Shown here: positions 19,189 to 32,100 of the stretch, piece after piece
How the letters are laid out: each line of letters begins with the position of its first letter
Position numbering within the stretch: the first letter of the stretch is position 1
DNA from: Candidatus Onthoplasma sp.
GTDB lineage: Bacteria; Bacillota; Clostridia; Christensenellales; UBA1242
DNA length: 52,549 nucleotides
Assembly (NCBI GenBank): GCA_045614345.1
Contig: JAZLCR010000002.1
Coordinates: forward strand, 1-52,549
Direction of reading: 5' to 3'
Notes under the pieces: generated by a model
The model's input: the letters and a program-made list of their open reading frames with translations, nothing else
Told to the model about the DNA's origin: nothing
The model's database searches: none
Translations under genes and position numbers: made by a program

Positions 19189-19917
19189 TTATAGATTGAT
19201 ATAATCCTTCATTTTATCTAAAAGATTGTAACTTTCATCGGCCAGAATTGCATGTTCAATTCTCTTTTTTGAGTCTGGAATTTCTTTGTGGATTCGTGAT
19301 ATTAATTCTTTCATTTCTTGACGCTTGCTATCTTTATCTGCGGGGCATTTGCTCTTTAAAATTGGCATATCTTTGCTGACGCTTATTATCTTGCTTTCTT
19401 CAGTTAAATATAGTGGTCTGATGAGGGTTATCTTTGAGTTGGACATATATGATTTTGGCAACATTGTTGATAATCTTCCTTCATAAAATAAAGATAAGAA
19501 AAATGTTGTTGTAACATCGTAAAGGTGATGTGCTAAAGCAAGTTTATTGCAACCCAATTTTTGACACGCAGAATTGAGGGCTCCGCGCCTCATTTTTGCA
19601 CATAAAGAGCAAGGGTTCTTTTCTTGTCTGATATTGAAAACAATGTTTTGAATATCTGTTGGTTCAATGTGCAACTTAACACCTAATTCGCTACAAAAGT
19701 TTTTAAGACCTGAATACTCTTCCTTTCCATTATAGATGTCGATGTTAACTGCAACAATGTCAAAATCAAACAAATTAAACTTCTTAAAATCGTTCAATGC
19801 TTTAAGTAAAACAAGACTATCTTTCCCTCCGGAAACACCAACCGCGATTCTGTCACCATCCTCAATGAGTGAGTATTTTTCGATGGCTTTTCTCATTGTG
19901 CTTAAAATTTTTTGCAT
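19189..19917 (-). CDS. ttcA: PP-loop ATPase, TtcA-family tRNA thiolation enzyme
   Basis: PP-loop VSGGKDS plus Cys motifs CSLCAKMRRG and KCPAD that fit an Fe-S-binding TtcA/TtuA type. I chose the ATG at 19917, preceded by the RBS AGGAG 5 nt upstream, instead of the TTG at 19944 used by the track. Confidence 0.8.
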   Translation of the reverse strand: MQKILSTMRKAIEKYSLIEDGDRIAVGVSGGKDSLVLLKALNDFKKFNLFDFDIVAVNIDIYNGKEEYSGLKNFCSELGVKLHIEPTDIQNIVFNIRQEKNPCSLCAKMRRGALNSACQKLGCNKLALAHHLYDVTTTFFLSLFYEGRLSTMLPKSYMSNSKITLIRPLYLTEESKIISVSKDMPILKSKCPADKDSKRQEMKELISRIHKEIPDSKKRIEHAILADESYNLLDKMKDYINL

Positions 19918-20074
19918 ATCATCTCCTAAAATTTTTAAATTCAATAAAATTATATCAAAAAATCAAAAAAATTCAATATTTTTCGCAATATTTTTTTATT
20001 TTTTTATTAAAAATATTTTAAATTTTATTTTATTTATTAATCAGAAATAAAAAGCTGATAATTATCTAAATAAT

Positions 20075-20103
20075 TTGACTTTTTTACTGATTTTTTATAT
20101 AAT
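20075..20103 (+). promoter_or_regulatory. near-consensus sigma-70 promoter of the 6730-aa gene
   Basis: -35 TTGACT (20075-20080), 17-nt spacer, -10 TATAAT (20098-20103). The RBS GAGGGG precedes the ATG at 20153. Confidence 0.55.
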
Positions 20104-20152
20104 ATTTTTAATAATAAATATTATAATTTTACACAAATTAAAGTGAGGGGTT

Positions 20153-23100
20153 ATGAGAAGAAAAATATCAAGTATTGTTGCTGTGGTGTTTGTTGTGTTT
20201 GCTTGTTTATTTGCGGGCGCCTGTGGGAACAAGTATGAGAAAATGGAATTTAAAGTTTATTATGCATTCTCTGCCGATGCTGAGCAGTGGTATGATGGAA
20301 CTGAGGGTATTTCATTGAACTACAATCCGAATGATGTTTATGATGGAGGAGAGCGAACTTCTCTTATTTTTGATAAAGGTTATGCATCAATATACATCAA
20401 GATTGAAGTTTTGAATGTTAAAGAAAAGGATATTGATTTAATCAGTGTTTCTCCAACATCAACTCAGGGGTTGGATTTTTCTTCTGTAATGGTTTCATCA
20501 AATCAAGTTTTTGAAATTGGTATGAACGGAAATGTTAACTCAATGTTTAAAATATATGAGGCAGAGTCTGGAAGAAACTTTGAATTTTCATTAGTCGTGT
20601 CTAGAGAGCTTCAATCAATCACTGCAAATTTGGATTATAAACCCGCAACAACATTGGAGGGGGTTTTAAATCTTGCGAATTTGGACAATTTAACTTTTGA
20701 ACCAAGAGGTTTAACAAATCAAACAAAAGTTATTTATATGGTTGATTCAATCGGTCATTATCAAGGTGATTTGTATTGTCTTGATGTGGATGCTGAAAGC
20801 GCTGCTTCGTATGTTGGTGTTGTTGATGATGTGTTCTTAAAGATTCACAACACAAATTTCTATTACACTCTCAAAGCAAATGTTGTTCGAATAAAGGCTG
20901 TGTCGGCATATCACGATGGGGCTGTGGATGCTGCGGATGAAATACATGCATTGTTTGATGTGTATTTAACTGAAAGTTATGTTGGCTCTCCTTCGTTGCA
21001 ATTTGTTAATGATGGTGGTCCAAACAAAGATGTTGTAAACGAGATTAATATTTATGAAAATGGCGATAAATATTCAAGGTCTACAGTTCTTGTTAGGATG
21101 GCTGAAGATTTAAGAGATAGTCTATATGCCACTGAGATTGATGTTTATGGTGGCAAGGCGTTCTTTGAAACAGCAATTTACGTAAAGACTCAACAAGGAA
21201 TTTATGAAAAATATAATTTTGATAATCAAGAAAATAATGGGGATAAGTTGGGAATCAATGGTCTCTATATCACAAAGAAAAGCAGGGATGTTTTCGAGTT
21301 TTCAATAGTTAATAGGGATGTGTTAATAAATGAGATCCTTGTTAGATATGAAATTAATGGATTAAACTTCTATCAAAACGCGATCGGAACATTAGCTAGT
21401 GAGTTTCGTATTAGAAAGGGTGTTATGCCAACATGTATAACCATCAATGATGTTATGGATTTATCAGATGGTGATGAGGTGGGGGCAACCATTTATGAAA
21501 CCGCCAATTCTGAATATCAAGGCTTAGTGTTAAAGTTGGCTCCAAATCCAAATGTGAACATTTCGAGTGTTTTAACTCTTGAATTTGAAAATGACAGTTT
21601 ATTTATAACAGATTCAAAGGGCAATGAAATAAAGTCGGGAAATGAAGTTTTAAACAATTCAACAATTTTTGTTAAATTCAAAACCGGTGTTTCTGGTGAA
21701 AAAATCTTAACAATTAAAACATTGTCTTCTCCGGACTATTATAATGGCGAAACTGTTGCTGTTGGTGATAGGGAATATATCACAGTTACATATAAATTAA
21801 ATAAGATCGTTACAGCTGATAGGTTTGAATTTGTTCAAAATCTTGACCTTGGATCAGATGTTGTTGTTGATGAAATGTATGTCAATGCTGAAAATGGATT
21901 TATTTATCCAAAGGTTTATTATACAGGAAGCAGTCTTGAAGCATCAACAATCAAATTGATGTCTAATAATGAAAATTTCAAGTTTTTAAACGGATCAACT
22001 GAATTTTTATTAAGTGATGCCCACACCTTTGAAAGTGGTGTGATGCCAAGCGGTCAAAAATATAGAATCTATAAAATACAAATTGCTGCAAATTTTGCAA
22101 CAACAGCTGGAATTTCTATCTTCGTTAACGATAATTTGATTTCAATTAGGGAAGAATTGCTTGCTAGAGCTGTATATTTAATGTCTAACGATGCTCAAGA
22201 AAGACTTACGCTTCAACCAGTTGAAAGAGGGGTTAAGCAGTTTACGCCTGCTGAAGTTGATAATGGTTATCTAAACTTTGCATTAGTGAAAGGTGAATAT
22301 GTTAATTTTGAAGTTTTAGATGTTTATAATGACAGAACAGATACCATTGCTGGTATTGAGTTGGAAGATGACACAACAATAACTGGTGATGAATTTAACA
22401 CTGGAGCTTTAACTTACAGCAAGAGATCAAACAACTCGTTTGAGGTTTATGCTAAAAAGGCTGGCTACACACATATCTTAAAATTAATCGTGTTATTCCA
22501 TGTTGAAGAATATGAAGTGATTGTAATGAAAGGGAAAACAATCGATGTTCAAGTTGCGGTTTATGACCCAATAAGTATTTTAGATGTTGATGTAACTAGA
22601 AATGAAATTGCTTATTCAAATCCTTACTACACAGAGGCTGGTTCAACAACAATAACATTGAGAGCTCTCACATCAAATTATGGAATGCCTGTTGAAAAGA
22701 TTGTTTTCTATGACGCTTCAGAAAATGTTGAAATAAACAACATTTCTCAAATTAGGGTTAGTAATAATATTTCCAATGCGTATATGGCTGATGTGGAATT
22801 AACTTTCCTTTCAAAAAGCGGACAAGCAATCGATATAATATCAAATGGTTTGTTATACTTATTTGATGGAATTCAAAGTATAGATAAGAGCTTCCTCGAG
22901 GGCTCAATAACTCTTAAGTTAAAAGATTCTATCGATTTAAACAAAATCGTTTTAACAATAACCGCATTGAAATTTGGTGAAAGCTTTGATGTTTCAACAA
23001 GCGTTGAAGTTAAAATTGTTGAAATTGACAAAGCAAAAGGAATTGTTGTTTCTGGAAAATCATTATATGTTGATGAGAATGAAAACATTGTTCCTGAGTT

Positions 23101-26100
23101 GACACTTTCATTTATGAATGTTAAAGAACAAGATGGAAGAGTTGAAAAGAGTTTTAATGCAAATATAAGATTCGAAACATTGAACGTTCCTGAAAACAAA
23201 TTGCGTTTTGATGATGCCAATTCTGCGCTTACCTATATTTTATATAGATATGAAACAGATGCAAATGGTCAACTTGTTAAGGATGCGAATGGTAAGGCTG
23301 TTGCTTTGCCAATTGATAACACATTCTTTGGGGTTTCATTTAATAATGGAATTGTTAATATTAGTGCAATCAAGAAAAATGGTGGTGGTTTATTTAAACT
23401 TGTTTTGGTAACAAAAGATTCTTACAAATTAAAGTATGATCCAAATAGTATTTTGATTGATGAAAGTCATTTTGATACTAAGTGTGAAATTACAATAAGA
23501 GTTGAAGATGGTGAAATTGGGTCAGAATTTACAATCAGGTCTGTTGAAGACTTAAAATCAATCAATAACAACTTAGATAAAAATTTTGTTTTGGCTGCGA
23601 ACCTTGGTGAAGAAGGTGAGGTTGACATTGCTCCTATTGGTGTGATTGGCACAGATGTTTCACAATTCAAGGGTAGTTTGAATGGTGAAAATATCAAAAT
23701 GTTGGTTGGTGGTGGAAGCTTAAGCGAAAACTATTCAATAAATATGAAAATAAGACAATCTGCAAACGATGCAACACATGGTGATCTTTATGGGTTGTTT
23801 GCTTGGTTGGGTGAAGATGCAATAATAAAAAATTTGCATATAAAAGCAGAATTTGAATCAAGTTTCGCTGGTGGAAATGTTGGAATCGTTGCTGGTGTTA
23901 ACGGCGGCACAATTAACAATGTTACAGTTGAAATTAAATCTGGTGATCTTTCGCTTTCAAATGGTGTGAATTTCGGTGGACTTGTTGGACAGAACAATAA
24001 AGTGATAAATGCTTCACGCGTACTTTCAAATGATAAATTAAATTTAGTCGTTGAAAGTGGTGAATATAATATTGGCTTGTTTGCGGGGCTAAATAATCCA
24101 AATGCAACAATCAATGGTAGATATGTTGGAAAAGAAAGTTTAGACAAATTTACATTTGATGCAATAGTGAACTTGTCTGTTGAAAACACCAACACAGCAG
24201 GATCAACAAATCTTCATATTGGTACTATCTCTGGTAAAAACATGGGAATAGTTTCAGGAATGTTGGTTGGCGGTCAAATGGCTGTTTCAAATGAATATCT
24301 CGCTGTATCTCCAAATGGTGTTGTTGGTGGGTTGGTTGGATTATCAACAGGTGCTGGAAACAAGGTTGAATTGTCAACAGCTTTATCGTTAGATGTTAAA
24401 TCAACATCAAACAACATTGAAGTTGGAGGAATTGTTGGGCAGGCAGATGAAACAATTATTGATTATGTTAAATATGTTTCAGCAATAACAAGCTTTAAAA
24501 ATGGTGCATATGACATCCTAGGTTGTGTGGAAGGAAAATCAAAGGTTGGTGGTATTGTTGCTAGTTCAAAAAATGCTTCAATCGTCAATTCAAGTGTTGA
24601 GAGTTTTGTTGATACTGTGTATAACGAAGCAACATTTACATATGAAACATTCTATTCAATTCAAAACGGAACAACAACTGCTGGTTTGGTGGCAAATGCA
24701 GAAGGTACAACTATTAATAACTCATTTGTTGTTGCAAACATCAAATCAACAGGTTCAATCAATTTAACTTCAAACGGATCTGAATCTTTAACTTACTTTA
24801 TTGGTAATGTTGATGGAACTGTTGGTCAAAATAAAACTAACTATAGTGTTGTTAATGCAAAAATCAATGGTGAAAATATTGATGTTGGAGATTATATAGA
24901 TGACACTTTTGTTGTTGATGCAAACACAACAATTTGGACAAACATTTATGTCAATAACGGCGGAAATTATGAAAAGGCAGAATCTTACGTAGATGGAAAA
25001 ATTTATGTTAAATTCAAAGCTGACGAATGGGAAAACTTTGTTGTAACCAAAACAGGAGTTTTACTTTCTGATTGGGAACTCGAAGAAAGTTATAACGTTG
25101 TTAGAATTAGTGGAATTAATTTCTTCTTCCCTTATCTAAACAAAGTGTGGGACAATGGTGGAGTTACTAAAGTTGAGCCTCTTCAAATTGTTAAACCGCT
25201 TTCAATCACTGCAGATATTAATGAAAGTTATGTTTCAAAAATAGATTCAACGTATGTTAAAGAATTCAACTATGCTGATTATGAATCATTAATTGCTGAA
25301 ACAGTAATTGTTAACTACATTAACGGAAACACAGAAGAAAACACTCGAAACATTTTTAGCACTCGAAATCCAGATGGTTCATATAATGATGATGGATTAT
25401 TAAATATTGAAAAATTGCCAGAATATGCACAAGGTGGTTACGACTTTGAAATTTATGGCAAGGGACATTTGTATGCTTATTTCAATGAAAGCAAACAAAT
25501 TGTATTCACTGGAGTAAGCGGTTCAACTCCAATTTTAATTAGAATTTATTCAGTGTTTAATCCAGATATTGAACTTTATGTTGCATTCTACACACAAAGC
25601 TTGTTCACAGAATTAACATTAAGTTCTAGTTCAATTTATCAAGTTGATGAAACTGGATATAAGTATGAAATTAACACATACACTGGTCAAAATAATAAAA
25701 TCATTTCACTTGGCACAAAAAATCAAATTTCAGGAGTGAATTACACATCATTGTTTGATGTTTCTGGGATTGGACAATATTTAAAGTTGGAAAAAACATT
25801 AGATGTTGATACAAAATTGGCTGTTGACACATCGTCAATCGAAAGCATAACACTTAAAATCAGAGATGATTTGTCTGATAGTGAAAAAATTGAGCCAGAT
25901 GAATATGAAGTTGTTACATTTGAACTTTTCATTTTACCTGAATATTTTGGTTCGAATGAAGGTTTGAATCATGTTAATAGTCGAATTTCGCTTGGTGAAG
26001 TTGCCTTAAGGGTGAATTTGTATAATGCAGCAAAGAGCATTAGTATTGATGGTGGCTATAAAGAATTTACAACAAACGATGATTTGAATTTCAATGTTGC

Positions 26101-29100
26101 ATTAACAACAGACTATGTTAACGCTTCAAAATATGGTAGCACTTTGGAAGAACAAAAGAATTCAACAATTAATGAAACTGTTTCAATTGATTTAACTGGT
26201 GATAATGGTGAAATAAAGAACGTTTCTGCTGATTCAGATTATATTATTATTAGATTTGAAATTGTTGAAGGATTATCTCAAGTTGAAGAATTGCTTCGCG
26301 TTAATAATCTTGAAAAATTTGTTCAATTATTTAATTGCAAAATTATAAGCTCACTTCAAATAACAGAAAACGATTCAAAAATAATTGGATATAGATACAA
26401 TGTTACTTTAGAGTTAAAGGATTATCGTAATTATAGATATATTAAAGAAAATATCAAATTTAATTTATTTATTTATGCGTATAGTAATGAAAGCGAAGTT
26501 AACAATGAATCATATCCAATGGAAATTTTAATTAAACCAACAGCGCTTTCAACTGTTAGAATTGAAAACTATAAGGTTGAAACCTTAAAAGTTAACACTG
26601 ATTACACAAGCATTGTTACAAACGACGATGTTCAAACATCAATTGTTGAACCAGGTAGTCTTGGAAATGTGATGATGATATATATGGAACCAACATATTC
26701 AAACATCACAAAGGCAACAATTAAAACAAGCTCATTGTTTGTTCCTTCACTTTCAAAAAATGTTCAATTAAAATTCACTCAATTGGTTCTTGATCAACGT
26801 GGGGCAACAACAGTATTCTCAACTTTAATGGGTGAATTTGCAGAAAATCAAGATGGTGACACATTGAATTTGAGACTTGTTTCGGCAATTAATAATGAAG
26901 GACTTGTTTATAATGGTGTTATTTGTCTTTATATTCAATTAGAACATTTTACAGGCTTAGAAGGAAGTTTGTCGGTTGAACTTAATGCTGAAACTGGTGA
27001 TGGAAAAGTTGTTAAGAGAACCAAAGATTTAATAACAACATATATTCCAGATGTTAAAATCTCATACGATGAAGAAAAGTCAATTTCTGAAGGTAAATAT
27101 CTCATTCAAAAGGGCACTTCAGAAAATCTAGTTAAACTTAAAGTTAGAGGATATCAATTCAACTCAGATCCAAACATTTCAATCGATTGGGATTTAACTC
27201 CAGAAATGGTTGATGGTCAAATTGTTTATGATGTAAATGGTGTTGTTCAATATACTGGTGATTATAGATATGACTACCAGTTAATTGACAATGGTGATGG
27301 AACAAAAACCTATTTGGAAAATCGAAAAGTAATAATCAAAAAGGTTTCTGGAGATTCTTATTTCATAGGTGACTATGTTTCATATTTCTTAAGTAATGGT
27401 TATAAAGATGTTATTTATGATAAGAATGATGATTCATATTCAATGATTGTTTCTTTGAATGTTTCTGCAGACATTCCAACATCATTTAAATTATCAGCAA
27501 GCTTATCACTAACAACAAAGGATGGGGATTTAATAACCAGATCCACAGATCCAATAACTTTCTGCTCAACAGATTATATCTTAAATTCTGTTGCAGTTGC
27601 CGGCTTGACAAGCAGTAATAGCAAAAATATTGCGCTTGAAAAAACAGAAAATGTAACTTTGGCATTCACAACAGATAATGCTGTTAATGATTTGTCCAAT
27701 GTGATTTACGATGAATTGATAAACTATGCTCAAAACAAGGGAGATGCTTTAACAGTTCTTGCTAAAATGTTCTCTTTCTATAGAGGTGGAAATTTAACAT
27801 TTGCAGATTTTGAAATGCACCCAGAATTTGAAGTTGGATTTATAAACAATTTAATCACAATAACCGGTGTTCAAAGATTCTCAAGTTTGGTTAAATTAGA
27901 GATTCATTATAATTATGTTCAAACTAATAATGGCGACTATGTTGTTGATTTCAGCAAAACAGGGAAAGTTCTTGAATTTACGTTTACAATAAATATTTAT
28001 GCTGAAGAAAAAGAAACTGAGGTTCTAATCCATTCGGCAGAAGATATCTATAATTCAAGTTCAGGATCATGGAATTTGAAAGAAGGTGAACATTATGTTC
28101 TTATGAACGATATCACTCTTGAAAATGTTGTTCCAATCACAACAGCAATTGGTAGTTTTGATGGTAACAATAGAGTTATTTCAATCAAGAGTTTTAAAGT
28201 TGACACAAACAACTCAGACTATGGCCTATTTGCAACTGTTGGAACATACCAAGTTGAAGACAAGCAAACAGAAACTCAAATAACTCGTCAAACAATTTTG
28301 AAGAACATTATTGTTAACTATGGCGACTTTGAGGGAACACTTGCATTAAACAACGACATTACAACTGTAAACTTTGGTGGATTGGTTGCAAGAAACAATG
28401 GTGGATTAATTTATAACTGTGATGTTATGAATCTCACTCTTAATGATAAAGTTGTTTCGCTTATTGTTTCAAGTTCTGCGAAAGTAACATTTGGTGGACT
28501 TGTTGGTGAAAACAATGGAATAATAACAAACTCACGTGTTGGTCGTGAAAGTTACACTCGCGTAACAGCGAGCAAAGATTCGGAAAGAACAAGTGAAGTT
28601 AATGCTGGTGGTTTGAGTTTTGAAATTTTCAACAAAATGCAAGAAAATGAAAAAACCGTTAACCCATTTGAAATTGTGGCAGGTGGTTTTGTTGGTGTGA
28701 ATGGTGGAACAATTTCAACATCTTATGTTGCAAACACCAATTTAATTAACTATTCGACAAATGAAAGAACAAACATTACTTCAGGATTTGTTGGAAACAA
28801 TTCAGGAACAATTTCATATTCTTATGCAAAAGCCGATGAACAAACAATCTCAAGTTCACAACCTTATTCAAAAGGTTATGTTGTCGACAACAAAGGAAAT
28901 GGTATCGTTTCAGGATTTGCGTATAACAACACTGGAACAATATCAAATTCATATTCAAATATAGAATTAAAAACTTTGTCTGCATATATTTCTGGTTTTG
29001 TTTATAACAATAGTGGAAAAATTGTGGAAAGTTATGCAGCAACAACAATGAACTCTGGTTCGGTTGATAGCTTTGCGGAACAGCCTTTTGTTGGTGTTAG

Positions 29101-32100
29101 TAATGCTGGTGTTCTATTGTCAACTGGCACAATTGAAAATTCATACTATTTGATGAGATCAGAAACCGACAATCCTTACACAGATGGAGATAAGGATTAT
29201 GCAAAGGCATTAAACAGAGAAAACTTCCAAAATAGTGAAAATCTAATTGGATTTGCATTTGTTTTAACAAATTCAAAACTTGAAAGAGAACAAGGAATTT
29301 GGTCTTACTACACAACAGATGGAAAAAGAAGAATTCTTCCTGAACTTATGAATGCAAACATTGTTGCACACTCATATAGATTTGTTGTTGAAACTCCAGC
29401 TGGTGATAAAGTTTTAACAAATGCATCATCTTATGGTGAGGGTTCCGAAAATAATCCACACACAATTAGCAGTGTTGACGAATTTAACAATGTTTTCACA
29501 TCACATTTAAACAGCGAAAACGAATTTGTTGGATTTGTTAGATTTATCAACAACATAAACTTTAACGACGATGAAAAGGCAATAAAAACAAGAACGAAAT
29601 TCACATTGGGTTCACGATTGGCAACAACAAGTGTTGAAGGCAACGGAATGTCAATCAATGGAATTTATTTGGATGTTGAAGATGCTGTCGTTGAAGAAAT
29701 TGGTTTGTTTGCAAAAATTGAAAATGCGTATGTTAAGAACTTAAATCTTAATTTCGCAACTCCAAAAACAGACGAACAATTCAGTACAACCACTGCAACA
29801 TATTCAGGAGGTTTGGCTGGAAGAATTAATAACTCAGCAATTATTAACATAAATCTTGTTGGAAAGAACACAACATTAACAGGAAGTAATTTTGTTGGTG
29901 GTGTTGCTGGATTGGTTACTGGCAACAGCTTGATTTATGGAATTGAAACAAATTTAAGAGTTAAAACAGGTGTTAGAAATAGCGCATTGTACTACAATGA
30001 AAGAGACTATAAAGATCTTGGTAGAGAAGATAATTACGCATTGTACGCAAAAAAATTGTCATATGTTGGTGGTGTTGCCGGTGTGCTTGATTTAACAAGC
30101 AGAGCAGGAATTGAATATAACGTTCAATTTATTGACGTTAGAGGCGATCAGATGACTCCAAAAACATTAGACGGACAACCTGAAGCAACCATTTTAGCAT
30201 CTTATGCAGGTGGTGTTGCGGGTTATGCAAGTGCAAACACAACAAGCTTTAAACTTCGTTACTTTGTTGGACAAAACGATATGATTCATGGAAGTGAAGT
30301 TGCTGGCGGAATATTTGGTGTTTCTCTTGGAAGAATCGTGGCATCACAGGTTGCTGCTGAAGAAAACACTCAATTTGATTACGACACAGCTTATGGGGAT
30401 TACGTGTTATCGTTAAATAACCTTGATCAAGACGCTAAAATTCAAACATCAAAAGTTGGAAACATGAGCCTTCTTCAAGGCGATAAATATGTGGGTGGCT
30501 TGATTGGTGTTGGAATTGGATCAACAGTTGTTGCATCATATAGTAAAGCAAGCATTTATTCAGGATCAACAGTTGGTGGATTGTTGGGTGTGAGCGTTGC
30601 TTCAACAATTTCATATTCATATGCAATTCCGTTTGTGAATTTCCATAGTGGATTGACATATGCGGGCGGTTTGATTGGTGCGGCTTATGAAGTTGACAAT
30701 ATTTCTCCAGAAAGAAATAAAGTGATTAGTGAATATGAAGCTCTATTCAAATTAAAAAACACAATTGTAAATAATGAACCAAAACCAACAAATATTCAAT
30801 CAACTTATTCAACAATAATTTTGGACAATGAAAAACTCAACGAACAAAATAATGTGGTGTTTGATTATGTTGTTGCAAACTTTGATGCGGATTCAATTGC
30901 AAGCAATAACAATCAAAACTTAATTTACGTTTATGCTGGAACAATTAATTATCTCAACGATGTAAACAGTGTTGTTAAAAATAAAACGGAAGAAAGCAAT
31001 GACTCATCTAAACTTGAATTACACAGACTATTTATGGTTGAAGATCCAAGTCAAATTGTGTCATTCCAAGAAGTGTTTGCTGGTTGGGCAATAATTAAAC
31101 ACTGGACATTAAACGAACAAAAATATTTTCCACTTTTAAACGACAAATTGGTGGATAATTATATTAACATTTATGATGGAGATGATTTTGAAATGCTTGA
31201 AAACAATCCTTATGGTAAATTTAGGATTGTTGACAACATAACTGTTACAGAGGAAGATTCAAACTGGATTGTTTCTGGAAGATTTATGGGAACTCTCATA
31301 GGAGAAAAAATAGGAGATAGCACTCGCCCTGTTGTGACAGTAATTTTAAAACCTAAAACAGCAAATGAAACAACAGGATTCTTCAAAGAAACCTTTAATG
31401 CAACTTTAAGTAACATTGAATTCAAATGGCAACCAATTGATTTGAGTGTTGTTGAAAATGTTACAATGGTTAGCACATTAACTTGTAAAGACACAAATTC
31501 TTTGATCTCAAACATTGAAGTTAGAGGCTGTGTTGATCCTAGCATTAGTTTAGAAGGATATATAATTGACTCAGATAAATCAATTGGAGGATTTGGTGGT
31601 ATTGTTGGAGAAATGACCAACACAAACATTTTAGACACTGTTTTCTCTGGAAAAGTGAGAGCAACAATTAAAGGTGTTGTTGGTGATGCTGTTTATGTTG
31701 GTGGAACTGCTGGTTTTGCTCAAACAAACTCAACAATTAAAGTTGACGGAAAAGAAGAAGAGGTTAGAGAGAGAACTGCGGTTATTAACAATACACAAGT
31801 TGGTGTTCCTCTTGCTGGAAACAGCTCAATAACCTCATTTGATTTAACAATTGATCAAAACAACGAAAAAGATGTTTATATTGGTGGCTCGGTTGGTAAA
31901 GCAGATATTGTTGCAATATCAAACAACAAAGTTGGTGATCTTAAATATGAGGGTGGTGAAGATTATAAGTATATCACCATAGATGTGAAGGCAAACGAAT
32001 TCGATCAAGACAGATTGGCAATCGGCGGAATCACTGCCTGGGCTAAAGATGGAATGATTTCTAAATGTGATGCATTAACAAAGATTAATCTCGTTGGTAC

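Noticed and set aside
19918-19944. TTG start at 19944 for the ttcA-like gene.
   Set aside because: The internal ATG at 19917 is preceded by AGGAG at ideal spacing. The 9 extra residues lie within the A/T-rich promoter region.
23788-24195. Long antisense ORFs inside the giant genes, for example 22873-23220, 23788-24195, 31210-31638, 8728-9096, 10452-10790 and 41255-41542 on the minus strand.
   Set aside because: They lie entirely within the very long sense ORFs. They encode low-complexity Pro/Ser/Thr-rich or Ile/Phe-rich strings and have no RBS. They are explained by the repetitive GGT/GTT/ATT-rich sense codons, which avoid reverse-complement stops.
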